A stretch of DNA of 63,184 bases, filler included, from Collodictyon triciliatum (lineage: Eukaryota), in NCBI GenBank assembly GCA_043381765.1. It is 14 parts of 14 records of this genome, joined end to end, with 100 filler letters (N's around TTAATTAATTAA, not from the genome) between each part and the next. Parts side by side here need not be neighbours in the genome. Positions count along the whole stretch, not along the records: positions 27,147 to 31,565 come from JBHJMP010006119.1; positions 31,666 to 36,085 come from JBHJMP010006120.1; positions 36,186 to 40,603 come from JBHJMP010006121.1; positions 40,704 to 45,120 come from JBHJMP010006122.1; 10 more parts are not named here. One strand, given 5' to 3'. Numbering within the stretch: the first letter of the stretch is position 1; each line of letters starts with the position of its first letter. The notes under the pieces were generated by a model that did no database searches, was not told the DNA's origin, and saw only the letters and a list, made by a program, of their open reading frames with translations. Positions 29,225 through 41,469 of the stretch are shown in pieces. The translations under genes and the position numbers were made by a program.

Positions 29225-31373
29225 TGCCAATGCCAATGCCAATGCCACCATCACAATCAACGCCAATGCCGCCATCATCATCGCCATCATCAATCCCAAT
29301 GCCGCCACCATCATCACAACCATCACACGGCGTGTGGGACCTGAGTGGAGAGCTGCAGATGGGCAGCGGGCCGTGCATCTGGACAGAGGCTGCCGACATG
29401 GACGCGGCAACCCACGCGGCCTTTGCAGCGAGCGTGCCCCACGCCGTGCAGCTGCATCTGCGCCAGGCCGGGACGCGGCTGGTTGTGTGCGTGGACGCGA
29501 CAGGGCGGGCGAGCGGGGCCGAGCGACGCAGCGGGACGCAGCAGGAGATGCAGCGGGCGGGCTTTGCAAAGGCGGCGCCGCATGCCGGGGCGGGGCTGCT
29601 GTTCCGCATGACGGGGCTGGCTGCGCATCTCTACGCGTCGCACGCGGCACGGCCGGCCCTGTGGCTGCTGCTGCTTGCGCCGGCGGAGCTGCTCTCGGGC
29701 GCGGCCATGGACCACTTCCGCTCCCTCTTCCTGGCCCGCTGGGACCTGCGCCGCGGATGCCTCTTCCCGGCTGACGCCTTTGCCGCCCCGCCAAGACACA
29801 CCCACACCCACGCCCTGGCCCTGACCCTGTGGACCGTCCAAAGCGCCCCACCTGCGCTCGTGCCCATCGCCTGCGCCTGCATCGCCCTGCCTGTGGCCCG
29901 CCCTGCTGCCCCGGGCGCCCCGCCGCGGATGACGCGCGCCACAAAGGTCCTTGTCTACCGCGCTGCGTCCGGATCTATGTCTGCATCTGGGCATAGATCC
30001 GCCCCGGCCTCCCACTGGCTCCGCGCCGCAGCCCCGCCCCATGCGCTCGCCCGCGTCCCGTCTCTCAATCTGGCGGCCGCCCTGCGTCCGACGCTCGGCC
30101 CGACGCGCAGCCCGGCACATGCCTTTGGGTATCTGCATGCAAACGCAAACAATGTGGCGCAGTCGCACGACCTTGTCGGACTCTATTCGGCTCCGTTCCG
30201 GTCGGCTCATGGCGTCGCTGTCTCGGCGGATAATGTCCTCCGTGCCGTCGCGCTCTTTGCCGCGCGCAAGGCTGTCCGCAGGTCTTGGCTCAACTACTTT
30301 GACGAGTTTGCTGCCCCGGATGACACGCATCCCTTCTTCTTTCGCTGGAATTGTGATGCCCTTGTCTACACCCTCTTTCAGGTCTGTCTCTTGCACCTAT
30401 GTTTTTGTTTATGCCCTTGAAGTTATTTACATTCATTCATTTAATTGTTTTGTCTTATATTGTTTTGATTTCATTTGATTTCATTTGATTTCATTTGATT
30501 TGTTTTGTTTTCGTGATGATTTTGCATCAGGATAAGTCCCATGTCTCAAGTCTGAGAGATATTGTGCTCGACTCCAACAAGCATGGAAAGCAAACGACGC
30601 ATGCCCAAGATGTCCCAGATTGTATCGTCAATCATTTCTTTTTCATGAGCAGGCTTGATATGTACAGGCTGGCTCTTATCATCGATTTCCATCAACTCGC
30701 TGCTGATTGTATCACACCACGTTCTCAAGATAGCACTCCTTTTCTGATTCCAAAAGAGACCTCCCTACCACATCTCCTCACCGATTCTCCTGCACAATAT
30801 GTCCACATGAGTATGACCATCCAGTTACACATCTCTCTTCGAAGCTTCTCATTTTATTAGCATTCACAGTTGCTTGGTTTTGATGCCATTAGTGTACAGA
30901 TTGTTTTTCTTTCTTTCATTCTTTTACCCTCATATTTCATTTATTGGTTCGTATTCGTCAGTATTATCAAAACATCAACATCTACACACCATTATTTGTT
31001 TTCCTTTTGAATTATAAAACATCAGCACATTCGCACAATTTAGGGCAGCACCACGATGGAAACTTGACTAAAGATACCAGCAACCCCTTATCCGAAAGGT
31101 CAGGTTCCAATTCCTCAGACGAAGACTTCACGCTTATGGAAACACAATCCCAAAGAACCGTGAAATGTCCAGTCTCTGTTATGCTCGCCCAATATAATCA
31201 TCTTCCAGTGCAAGACACCCCCGAAATTGAACATCATCCCATTTTGTGCAACGAACGGTTTATTTTTCGCTTATTGAAGGTAAAAACCTACGCTACCAAA
31301 CTCGCACTCTTTTTTTAAAAAAAATTTTTTTTTCTAGGAATGTCGCCGAGCATTTCTTATTTTATCACCCCTC
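29056..31373 (+). CDS. Intron-containing homolog of prokaryotic/phage type IIG-like N6-adenine methyltransferase plus target-recognition region; probably catalytically inactive and 3' incomplete
   Basis: Exon 1 (29056-30381) joins in phase 0 through a GT-AG intron (30382-30530) to exon 2 (DKSHVSSLR...VNHFFFMS). A later exon gives NERFIFRLLK. Motif order matches my recollection of a bacterial/phage RM family (see finding). Confidence 0.65.
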
Positions 31374-32426
31374 CTTGTATCATCTGTAAATATATATTTT
31401 TATATGTCCTTAAGTAGTCCAATTTTTTCTTTCAGTTAAGAAATAGAGAAAAGGCACAATGAAACAAAATAAATTCTTGTCTTTTCATAATAAAATATAA
31501 TGGGAAATTGAATGAACACCCCAGCCACGCCCCACCGCCGCCGCACCCACCCCCAACACCCAGCCNNNNNNNNNNNNNNNNNNNNNNNNNNNNNNNNNNN
31601 NNNNNNNNNTTAATTAATTAANNNNNNNNNNNNNNNNNNNNNNNNNNNNNNNNNNNNNNNNNNNNTTTTCTTTTGTCTATCTCCCACACATCCCCACCTA
31701 CTTTGGAACTACTTGCCTGATGGTTGAATGAAAGATTGTTGAGACGGGCTCAACAGCTAAGACTTTAAGAATAAAAAAAAATAAAAAAAACTGCGAAGAA
31801 GAACTGGAATATATGAAACCGAAAGGAAATTCAAAAAAAAAGGTGTATAAATGTCTCATATATTAAGAATGCAATCGCTCAGAAAGCAAACAAATCGTAT
31901 TCTTGACAAGGGACTTTAACAGCGCTAAAAATCTACTCAAGAAAGTTCATTTAATCCTTTGAAAAGTGCATACACCTTTCCCCAAAAAAAAAAAAAAAAA
32001 GGCTGTTAGGTCTTTCCTGGCAAGCTTCGCCACTACACAACCTCTGCGAAAAAAAGTGGTGGGACCTTGGGTACTAACGCACCAGGTTAACCAATCGAAA
32101 GGTGGTATACTCCTTCTAGTCAAGTATATAAATAAATGCAATATTTGTCATAAAGAGAGGAGAGAAACCAAGAAATAAAAAAAATTGGGTATGTGAATTG
32201 TATTGAGGGGTTATTATAAATTTGTCAGTTCATACTGCTGCTATTCAGTTTATTTCAGAGTGGAAAGAAAAGGAGAGGGAGAAGGAGGAGAAGGAGAAGG
32301 AGGAGAAGGAGAAGGAGAAGGGAAAAGAGTTAGGGTTCAAAAAAAGTTTTATCAGAATGCCAGACTAGAATCAGGCGTTATATTGTTTTCTTTCTTCGGC
32401 ACGGCAATTAGGTTATTATATTAAAA

Positions 32427-34978
32427 CTAAGCTGCATCCATAGAATCATTAGGCGTAAAATAGAACATAGAGAAATGTTGAAGGAGGTCTGGGTGTCCAA
32501 GGAATAAGTCTTGCACTTTTGTGTTTAGATCAGAAAGAGTCAAATCTCCGCTTTTGTATTCTTGCAAGGACATGAAAAACGCCCGATAGATGTGTGGCTC
32601 CTCCCGAAAGCGTGCCTATCAAAGTTTTCAAGATGAAATCACATCCAAATCTTTATGTGGTGTTATCTATAGTTAATTTGCAGTGAATTCTTATTTGCAA
32701 AGTGGGGTTGCAAAAGAAAAACTACCTTCACAAGATGCACATACTCTATAGCCTTACCGTACTCGCCGTTTGCTGTGGATTCACTTTTCCCATCAGTCTC
32801 TCGAACCTGCACGTCATCGCCGTCACTTTTGTTTTCCTGGACTGGGGATTCGTTATTGGAATCCTTGTTTACTGGGCTTTCTTGAATAAAAGCCTCAAAG
32901 TCTTTTGATAATCGAGGTTCATCGGAGAACAAAATAGGGATGATTGAGGATAGCTCTTTGAATCCGATGCTGAGTGGGTTTGCAATTGTTTAAAAAATGG
33001 GGGAAAAAAGGGAGCGGCAATCAAGTCAACTGAAAAGGATTATATTAATATAAGAATTTCAATAATATTTGAATTAAATCATAAATGCATAGTTTTAAAT
33101 CAGATAAAGAGGGGAAACAAATATTTAAACTCTATATGTCTACCTTTGTTCTTTATATTTTTTCATCACTCCGAGAAATTCAAAGTACGTTTCTGGTTTT
33201 TTCTCGTATGCAATTTTGACCTTCACATTAAGAAAAAGTGGAAGAAATAAAAAAAAAAAAAAAGTACTTATCGAAAGATGAGCCTTTGTTCATTTGGGGG
33301 AAGAGAAAACGAAAAGGTCATGTGGAATATTGAAAATATTATTTCATTCGTTACCCTCTTTAAAAATTGTCTCGCTTCGTCGATATGACCGTCTTGCATT
33401 ATGTTGTGTCTGTTTCCAATTATTGTTGAAATAGTTGACAATTGTTTGGTAACCAAAGCAAGCGTGTAATGTATAAAATTATTTAAAGAATTGAGAGTGC
33501 CATAATTTGCACAGCGAGTTAATCAATTCAATGTTAGATAAATCATGATATTACGTTTTTTTATTATGAAATTAATAGGGAAACAATAAGTGGTTAGAAG
33601 TGAATGACTAAACAATTGAGAAGTACCTGATAGTCGGAACCTGTGCAGAATCGGATATGGGATTTATGTCAGAGTCGGGAGTGACCCCCGAACCTACCTC
33701 GCTCTTGGACAACCCGTCTGAATGGCCCGCATGATTGCGATGCTGTCCTGAAGGACCCGTCAATATTGAGCTGTTCTGGGTCTGTTGTGCCGCAGACTCT
33801 GCGCAATTTGATTGCGTTGCATCGTGTGTAGAACTTGATTCTCTTCTTGGGAGTTTGCTGGCGCTGTAAGAATGTGTAGTATTTTTGTAGTGCTGAGAGT
33901 GGATGATATGAGAACGGTTGCTTTGAAAATGGCTGTGTGGCATATGTTTTTCATCGGTATTATTGGCTGATGAAGAGGAGGCGTGATGGTGATTGGGAAG
34001 AGACGAAGATGAGGACGAGGACAACGGGGATGACGGAGTGATTTGCGACATGCTTAGTAAAATCCCTTTCAGTTGGGATATAATATCTTTGACACTCGGT
34101 CGGCTGAGTGGTGGGTTGCATATCAAATCTTTTGCCAGGGCTACAAGAGGGCGTGATATGTTTTGTTCCCATGAGCCGGCGAATGAGTCCAAATGAATAT
34201 CATCAGTGCTGTTTTCATTCTTCCCACTTAAGAAATCCCATGATAGAACAGACTTTCTCGTCAGCATCTGAAAAAAATATACATTGAAGATAGGGGAGAT
34301 AAAAATGAAGTAGATTGTGGGGATATGAATAAACAATCTAAATATGTGAGGAATACAAAAGTATATACTCAGAAAATATCCACGCTTCAAAAGTTGCCAA
34401 ATACAATTTACTGTTTATCATGAATTTTTTTCCTTATTGCTTCATGAACATACCTCGATTATCAGCACACCGAAGCTGTAGAGATCTAGTGATGGTTGGA
34501 CATGCCCTGTGGCGATGTAATGAGGGCAAGTGTAGCCAACCGTCCCAACAATTCGCCGATTCCATCCAGTTTCATCATTTGTATATTGTATTAAAGCCGA
34601 AACGGCCGAATGGGAAATTCGAGCGAACGGGGCATCGATTGAACCTGCGAGCAAGATATTTCCTGAGCTGAGATGCCGATGAACCAAAGGCGCTCCTCTT
34701 GCAGGGTGGTGCAAGTGCTCCAGCCCATATGCAACTTCCAGCAACAATCGAATGCGTGTTGGGATGTTTAACCCGTGAGGTTTCTGTGCAAGGGCAGAAC
34801 GAAGACAACCATATTCATGAAACTCCTCAACTATCAGGCAAGCTTCGTCCGCACGGCCAGGGATTCCCAAAGCAATCACAGGAGCGATGTGGCTGTGCTG
34901 CAATCTAAAAGCACCGATAAAATAATCAATTTTTTCATGACGAGCTTTGAGCTATAGGTGGGATGATTTCATTTCTAA

Positions 34979-35053
<75 letters not shown>

Positions 35054-35465
35054 ATATTCATTTTTCATTTTTCATTTTTCAGAGAAAAGCAGATTTCATA
35101 ATATAGATGTATAAATATCTTGTTCGTCGACTAAAAAAAGGAAGTAAGAAAGGGAAGGGAATAAAAAAAAACCTTGAAATTAGTCCGGACCACTTAGACG
35201 AATCGTCTGCTGCAGGTGCAATAGACAGAGGCTGGTGTAAATATAGGGACTTCACAGCAACGGATCGAGAGTTTAGCGTCGCGTGGCTGACTGAGCCGAG
35301 TGGCCCGTGGCCCAACAATCGCTCGGCTTTGTCTCCTGTCTCTAATAATATCGCCTCCAAAGCGAAGCTGTTTGTAATTAACTCGAAGGGGGTTTGCGCT
35401 GCAGTCACAGCAGGCGGGACAGCCTTGACGGGGGCTTCGACACTCATCCTTTCTGCTTCTTGCAT
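32427..35465 (-). CDS. Pelle/IRAK/RLK-like (TKL) pseudokinase with two C-terminal PAH (Sin3-type) domains, about 7 exons
   Basis: Kinase: LGHGPLGSV, VAVK, VAYGLEHLH, LVHRHLSSGNILL, ARISHSA, IVGTVGY, DLYSFGV. PAH1: ARQFLKR|VKIAYEKKPETYFEFLGVMKKYKEQ|SIGFKELSSIIPILFSDEPRLSKDFEAFI. PAH2: AIEYVHLVK|ARFREEPHIYRAFFMSLQEYK...VQDLFLGHPDLLQHFSMF. Stop at 32427-32429. Confidence 0.8.
34978..35054. repeat. (AATA)n intronic microsatellite
   Basis: Perfect tetranucleotide array. Confidence 0.95.
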
Positions 35466-35905
35466 GGGTTGTCTATTTTAGATTTCTTGTGGTTTTCTGA
35501 CCAGGCGGGGTGCGCAGTAAGACGGCGGCCTTTCCACGAGCTTTTGGAGGATCACCTGAGTGTGTGTGTGTGTTTTTTTTTTTGTTTTATTTTTTACATA
35601 AGAACATAAAATAAAATAAAAGGGAAAGAATATGGAACGGGAAAATGAGAAAGGAAAAAAAAGTGACAAGGAAAAGGAAGAAGGAAGGAAAACAGCCTGG
35701 AAAGAGAGTTTGGTCGCCAAAGGAACAGATGAATCAGCTCGTGTGCGCTTCATAAAGACTGCAGAGACTTGCAAGGCGAGTGAGCAACGCAGAGAGAAGG
35801 TTTGGTGATGAGTACTTTATACTAGGAGATGAGTTGGCCCCATGTTAACAGATGAACAGGAAAGAAATAACTTAACACAGCAGGAAAAGAAAAAAGAAAA
35901 AGGAA

Positions 35906-35975
<70 letters not shown>

Positions 35976-36306
35976 AAAAAAAAGAAAGAAAAAAAAAAAA
36001 AAAAAGGAAAAAAAAAAAAAAAGGCTGGATGAATCCTGCAGCGCCACCACGCAAGGTTAGTTCTGGCAGAGCAAAAAAAAGTAAANNNNNNNNNNNNNNN
36101 NNNNNNNNNNNNNNNNNNNNNNNNNNNNNTTAATTAATTAANNNNNNNNNNNNNNNNNNNNNNNNNNNNNNNNNNNNNNNNNNNNAAAAAAAATTTGAAA
36201 AAAAAAAAAGGAAAAGAAAAAAAAAAAAAAAAAAGAAGAAAAAAAATCGGAAAAGGTCTTTAGAGTGTGCCGATCGTGCCATCTATATTCATGTGCAAAC
36301 TGAACT

Positions 36307-38583
36307 ATGGTAACTCACAGATCCTCTCTGCCGTCCTATTCTTCACTAACAGATAAGTTTAAAGAGCTTTTGAACACCATCCAAACAAAACAACAGCAAA
36401 TGAACCCCTTCGACGAACATGATCTTTTCTACACGGTACGTCCAACTAGCTTACAAACTTTTTTCTTTTCCTCCTCTGGGCATCATGCTCACTTGTGTTT
36501 AGTTTCTTTTTTTTTTTTTTTGATCAATTCCTCAATATCTCTCTTCACTCCCAGATGGACAACTTCCAGAACTTCCTGGCAGGACTTCAATCCAGCCCAA
36601 ACTTCCACGATGCATTCCTCTGTGGGCGCAGCGGGAACTCCCCCATCGAAAGCCCGAACAAGCGCCACAAGTATGACACTCGTGACTATGCCGGCTCTGC
36701 TCAAACTTGCAAACTCGCAGACGATATCAGGCATGCGAACCAGCTTTCGCCCCCAGCGCACCCAGGCGTGTTGTCGCCTGCCCAGTTTGCAGAAGTTGCG
36801 AGTGAGAGGCGATCCTCTATACAGACTCGCCTGCAAGGCCCTGCAGCCCCCCTCCAAGCCTATGAGTCGGATACAACCTGTGAGCATTGCTTCCGGTGCA
36901 AATTCTGCTCCATGGAACTCCCTCCAAACTGTGTGCTCTTGGCTGTCGGCAACAACTCAGAACTGGGACATTTTGTCGAAAACACTGGGTTCATCAAGGA
37001 GGAGCTTATAGACGTACCTTCAACTAGCATACCTGCGCAGGAGCTGACCAGTGGTGACTCTGCATCGATCCCCGCATACCAGAATAATCAAACTCTACAG
37101 TTTTCCCCACGCCCATGGTCGTTGGACGGAGATAATAGCAACCAACATTCCTTGGGCACATTGCAGCGAACACAGCTGGCTGAATATGACCTTGGACGAC
37201 AGATTGATGAACTGAAGAGTCAGATAAGGACGTTTTCGTCTGGGTGCCATGAAACTGGCTCCCTGCCAGTGCTGCAATCCTCTTATGTCGAACCACAAAA
37301 GAGCATGGAAAATATTAAGGTACCCTTGTCTTTTTTTTTTTCCTGTGTATCCTATAACACCTGCTAGGGTTAGAAAGATAGAATTTTCCACTTGCGTGCT
37401 TAATATTATATGGTTGTCGTCTCAAGGGAAACCCATGAAGTATGGGTCTATTGAAAGTAACGTTGTCTACTATAGGCCATGAACCTGGATTCTGATTTTG
37501 ATTGGAACTGTGTCGATTCTTTCAACAGGTTTGTTTTCCCCTCCTTTTTGTATGAACATACGTTGTGTATCCTACTATCCTATTGATTAGAGCGGGTGCA
37601 TCCGTAAATATGAAAACATATCACAAAATCAATAAGTTCTTACCCCATGAAATTGCTAACCCATTAGGAAGGAATACGTCAAGTATCTCAGTTTTCTCCG
37701 GTACGGAGAATACGTTCACGTCAAGAAAAATGTTGTCAAGGTCGATCTGAGACTATCTGATGAATGCAGAATATTAAAGGCCAAGGTAATCATAATATCT
37801 GGGAACAGAAGTACAAATGGATGGTGTATTATTAGTGATTCTGTGAGGATGGAAAAAGAAAAGAGAAGGACATTTAAACTCATTAAGAACACGACACATC
37901 ATAGGCCATCGCCACACCGTATCGGAGATTTGATTCACTCTCTCAACTCGTTTTCAGCGACGATAGCTTATGGTTCCGAAACAGCTTTGAATTCAGTAAG
38001 TTTCAGATCGCATTATCATGAAAAACTAATGTCGTTACCATGCAGCGTACATCTTAGCTGTTTGATATTCTTCTTTTCTCTTTCTTATTACGTCAAGTTG
38101 AGTTATTTGCTTTGTTGTTTATTTGGTTTTTTTTTTTAAAAAAAAAAAATGAACATTTTGATATCGCAGAAGTCGTGCCTCCAACAGGCCGAAGTAGTAC
38201 TTGGTGCTTGAAGCTGTCTAGTGCAGAGTCCATCCATGTGTTCAAAGAATTTTCATCAGAGACTCCAGTGCAGATTATTATTGCTCTTCAGTTATCGGTA
38301 ACCATTTTTTTAATTTCATTTTACAGATAATATCGAGGGAGAACTTGAATGAATGCCAGAGTGCGCATATAGTTATCTCTCTCCATTTCCCTCCCTTCAC
38401 ATCTTTATTCTGGTATTCCTTCCGAAGCTCAATGTGAAACTCGGTTTGATAGGTACCTGAGAAAGGCATATGCTGGGAGACATCAACCCTGGAGCCTTTC
38501 TGTACTGTGACTCATATTCGCTATACTCCACAAGCATTGTTTGGCTTTGGCTTCAAGCATCAGGAACTCCGATGTGATGTACG

Positions 38584-38614
<31 letters not shown>

Positions 38615-39889
38615 AATCATATATTTTCTTTCATTTTCTGTATCTCTTGCCATATTCATTCGGTGTTAATTGGCTTGTGAACTTTAGCCAATCTCTTATA
38701 CTTTATACCCACATAGTCGGATATTATCCCGTTTGTATTTGACACGCTAATAAAGTCGAGGAATGTAAGCAAGCAAATGACCCGGAGTTTGCAGGAGGGT
38801 GATATTGAATTCTTGCGGTCTGGTATCATCGGAGCGGCATATCGCCCAAGTAAATGTCCACTTTATCATTTTCTTTTGAATTTAAGTTTCCATTTTGTAA
38901 TAATTTTGTAAGAGGCCGGTCATCGTCATTTTACATTTTCATCTTTTTGTAAATGAGAGAAGGGCATACAAATCCATAGAAATATGAAGGAAAATCATGT
39001 CGAAGATCTCCGTTTTATTTCCTGTAACATCTTGACATATGCTTATGAAGAAATTTTTTTTATTTTTTACAAAAAAAAAAAAAAAAAAAAAAGCCAGTAG
39101 ACCATGATTTATTTGTACGCATATTTCTCTGCTAAAAAAACACAATTAATAGACATTCATGTGGTTAACATGGTTGCCGGGAAGAAATTCGATAAGCTCA
39201 ACGCATCAAACGAATGGTTGTCTAGACTGGCTGACTTGTTTACCATCGAGGAAGTGATGCATATGTGGGAGAATGGAAGGTAATATATTTTTAAATTGCA
39301 GCTTCTCTAATCATCTTTCTATTCTCACCCCTAATCGACCACCCACGATGAACGAATGAATGAACACATAAATTAAAGAAACGCTCACCCACGAGACAGA
39401 GAGAATTCTTTGCAAAGCACACATCACCATTAGTAATTTGTTTTGGTATACTAAAGGCGACCCTATTATCCTAGAATCGATGGGTTTGTCACTTCGTCCA
39501 TGGCTGAGCTGATTTTGCAAACGTCACCAGGGAGGAAGATAATCCACTTCAACGACGACAAAAAGTGTCCGCTGAGCCTAGTAGTTTCTGGGGCGGTGAA
39601 CGGATTTATCTACCAGTTCCTGATAAGCATCGAGAAGGACAAGACAAAGTCCAAGCTCTGCGATAATCCACTCTCATACGTCATCACAGTTGCAAATCAA
39701 AGGTGAGTGACTCTCCGATTGCCATGGGCATGTTGTCTTTTGCGGAAATTACCGCATCCTTTGGTGGCTGCAAAGTCTGACAGGCGTGGTAAATAGCAAG
39801 CGTCTCACCAGCTCTACTTGTTTAGGTTGGCCCATGACTCACTGGAGGGAGCAGTCCAGTCTGCATTGTCCCTCTTCTCTCAACTATGA
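36307..39889 (+). CDS. STAT-like protein with C-terminal linker and degenerate SH2 domain, multi-exon; alternative start at 36400
   Basis: In-phase exons 38717-38849, 39153-39279 and 39475-39702 read TRSLQEGDIEFLRSGI...NEWLSRLADLFTIEEVMHMWENG|RIDGFVTSSMAELILQTSPGRKIIHFND, which aligns with the STAT pattern LWxxGxIxGFxS...A..L....GTFLLRFS. Predicted stop TGA at 39887-39889. Confidence 0.55.
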
Positions 39890-41469
39890 CGCGTCCCTTC
39901 CCTGCAATCTAGTTGGTTCATCTCCCTTCCTCTTTCGTTTCCCTTTCTGTACTTCCTCTCCCACTCCCTCTTTTCTATTCTATTCGCATATCCTCCTCCT
40001 TGACCACATTTGCTTGTGGGTGATTGGAAGGAAGATGTGCCCTTTGTACCACATTCGCGCACGGATATATACACACATACACATCCTTCTCCTCATCACC
40101 ACCACCACCACCACCACCATCTTTCTCTTTTTCATCTAAATTGTTTTTTTTTTTTTGTTTTTGTTTTTTGTATTAATAAAGCTGAAAGCATCTTGGTATA
40201 CCACTACCGCATATCTTTTTGGCATGCTTTTTCACCGAGAGGAAGCACGACTGCTCTTATGCAATACCACTCGGCTGCCTTGCCATACAATCACCAGCCT
40301 TGGCCTCACCATTTTTCCCGCTTCCTTCCTTGCTTGCTGGCGGCACCCTCTATTCTCGCTGCGCCGATCTGCACCCGCACTTTTTGCCACGAAGCTCCAT
40401 AAGGAAGAGAACAGCCTCCTGTTTGCTCCCTCGCCATTCCGTAGCGCCACAAACAGAGCATCCTTTCCCTTTTTTTTTCTTCCTTTCTTTTTTTCTTTTT
40501 TTCTTTCTTTTTTCTTCTTTTTTCTTTTTTCTTCTTTTTTCTTCTTTTTTCTTCTTTTTTCTTCTTTTTTCTTCTTTTTTCTTCTTTTTTCTTCTTTTTT
40601 CTTNNNNNNNNNNNNNNNNNNNNNNNNNNNNNNNNNNNNNNNNNNNNTTAATTAATTAANNNNNNNNNNNNNNNNNNNNNNNNNNNNNNNNNNNNNNNNN
40701 NNNGCAACAAACATACTCTAAAGACCGCTCTGCGGTCTGGAAGGAAGTGCGTAAACTATGCAGAGAAGTTGTCTTTGCACTCGACCTAGTGCCTTTCTAA
40801 CTCAATGCGAACTTCTCCTGCCCACCATCCTTTCAACACCTTGCGCCACCAAAGTAGTATTCCCATCCTCTTCCACTCCCCTCTAAACATAATCAAGCCC
40901 GCTACTTTCCCTCTCCCAAGGACTTCACCACAAGTCCTATCCTGAAAGGAATCGTTGGGCCTCTTATCAAGCCCCAGGGTCTTTACCTCCTTTCCTATTC
41001 CTCTTCATCATCTTTTCTCTTTTCTCTATTCCCCATCTCCATACTCCTCTGATGGCACATCCGCCTTCACTTTCCCCTTTTTACCTCGGAATACTTGCTT
41101 GGTGAATGAAAAAAGATTGTTGGCATGGGCGCCAACAGCAAAGTCTGTCGTGAATAAAAAAAAAAAAACTCATCCGTAACTGGAATACCCATCTCCATTC
41201 CGAGAAAGGAATCCCGCTCAGTTCCAAGAACTCTCGCAATATATGTACGGTACTCGCATTCCTGTAACGACATCCATATTTGGATTTTGATGAAAGCAAT
41301 GTTCCGTTCTACCCTTTTTTTTTTTTCGTGTTTGTTGCTTTTTGTGTTTATTGTGTTTTGTATGTTGATTATTTTTTTCGTTTTTATTTTTAAAGGCCTT
41401 GCGTCGAAAAATGGCAAAGGAAAAATATCAGGAAAAGGAGTGAGCCTTTCCGGTGTCTCCAAGATGCAT

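Noticed and set aside
28724-30396. Long antisense and alternative-frame ORFs (406, 357, 235 and 207 aa) over the GC-rich exon
   Set aside because: Expected shadow ORFs of high-GC, repeat-containing coding DNA; only the plus frame carries ordered motifs and splices in phase.
35466-35560. In-frame TAA just upstream of the pseudokinase ATG as evidence for genome-wide stop-codon reassignment
   Set aside because: Host ORFs of 576, 690 and 1009 codons lack internal TAA/TAG, and genes such as RPT5 end in TAA; this is most simply 5' UTR.
40704-41100. Short ORF end followed by a pyrimidine-rich tract, possibly a retroelement 3' end
   Set aside because: Only about 30 codons are visible and there is no diagnostic motif.
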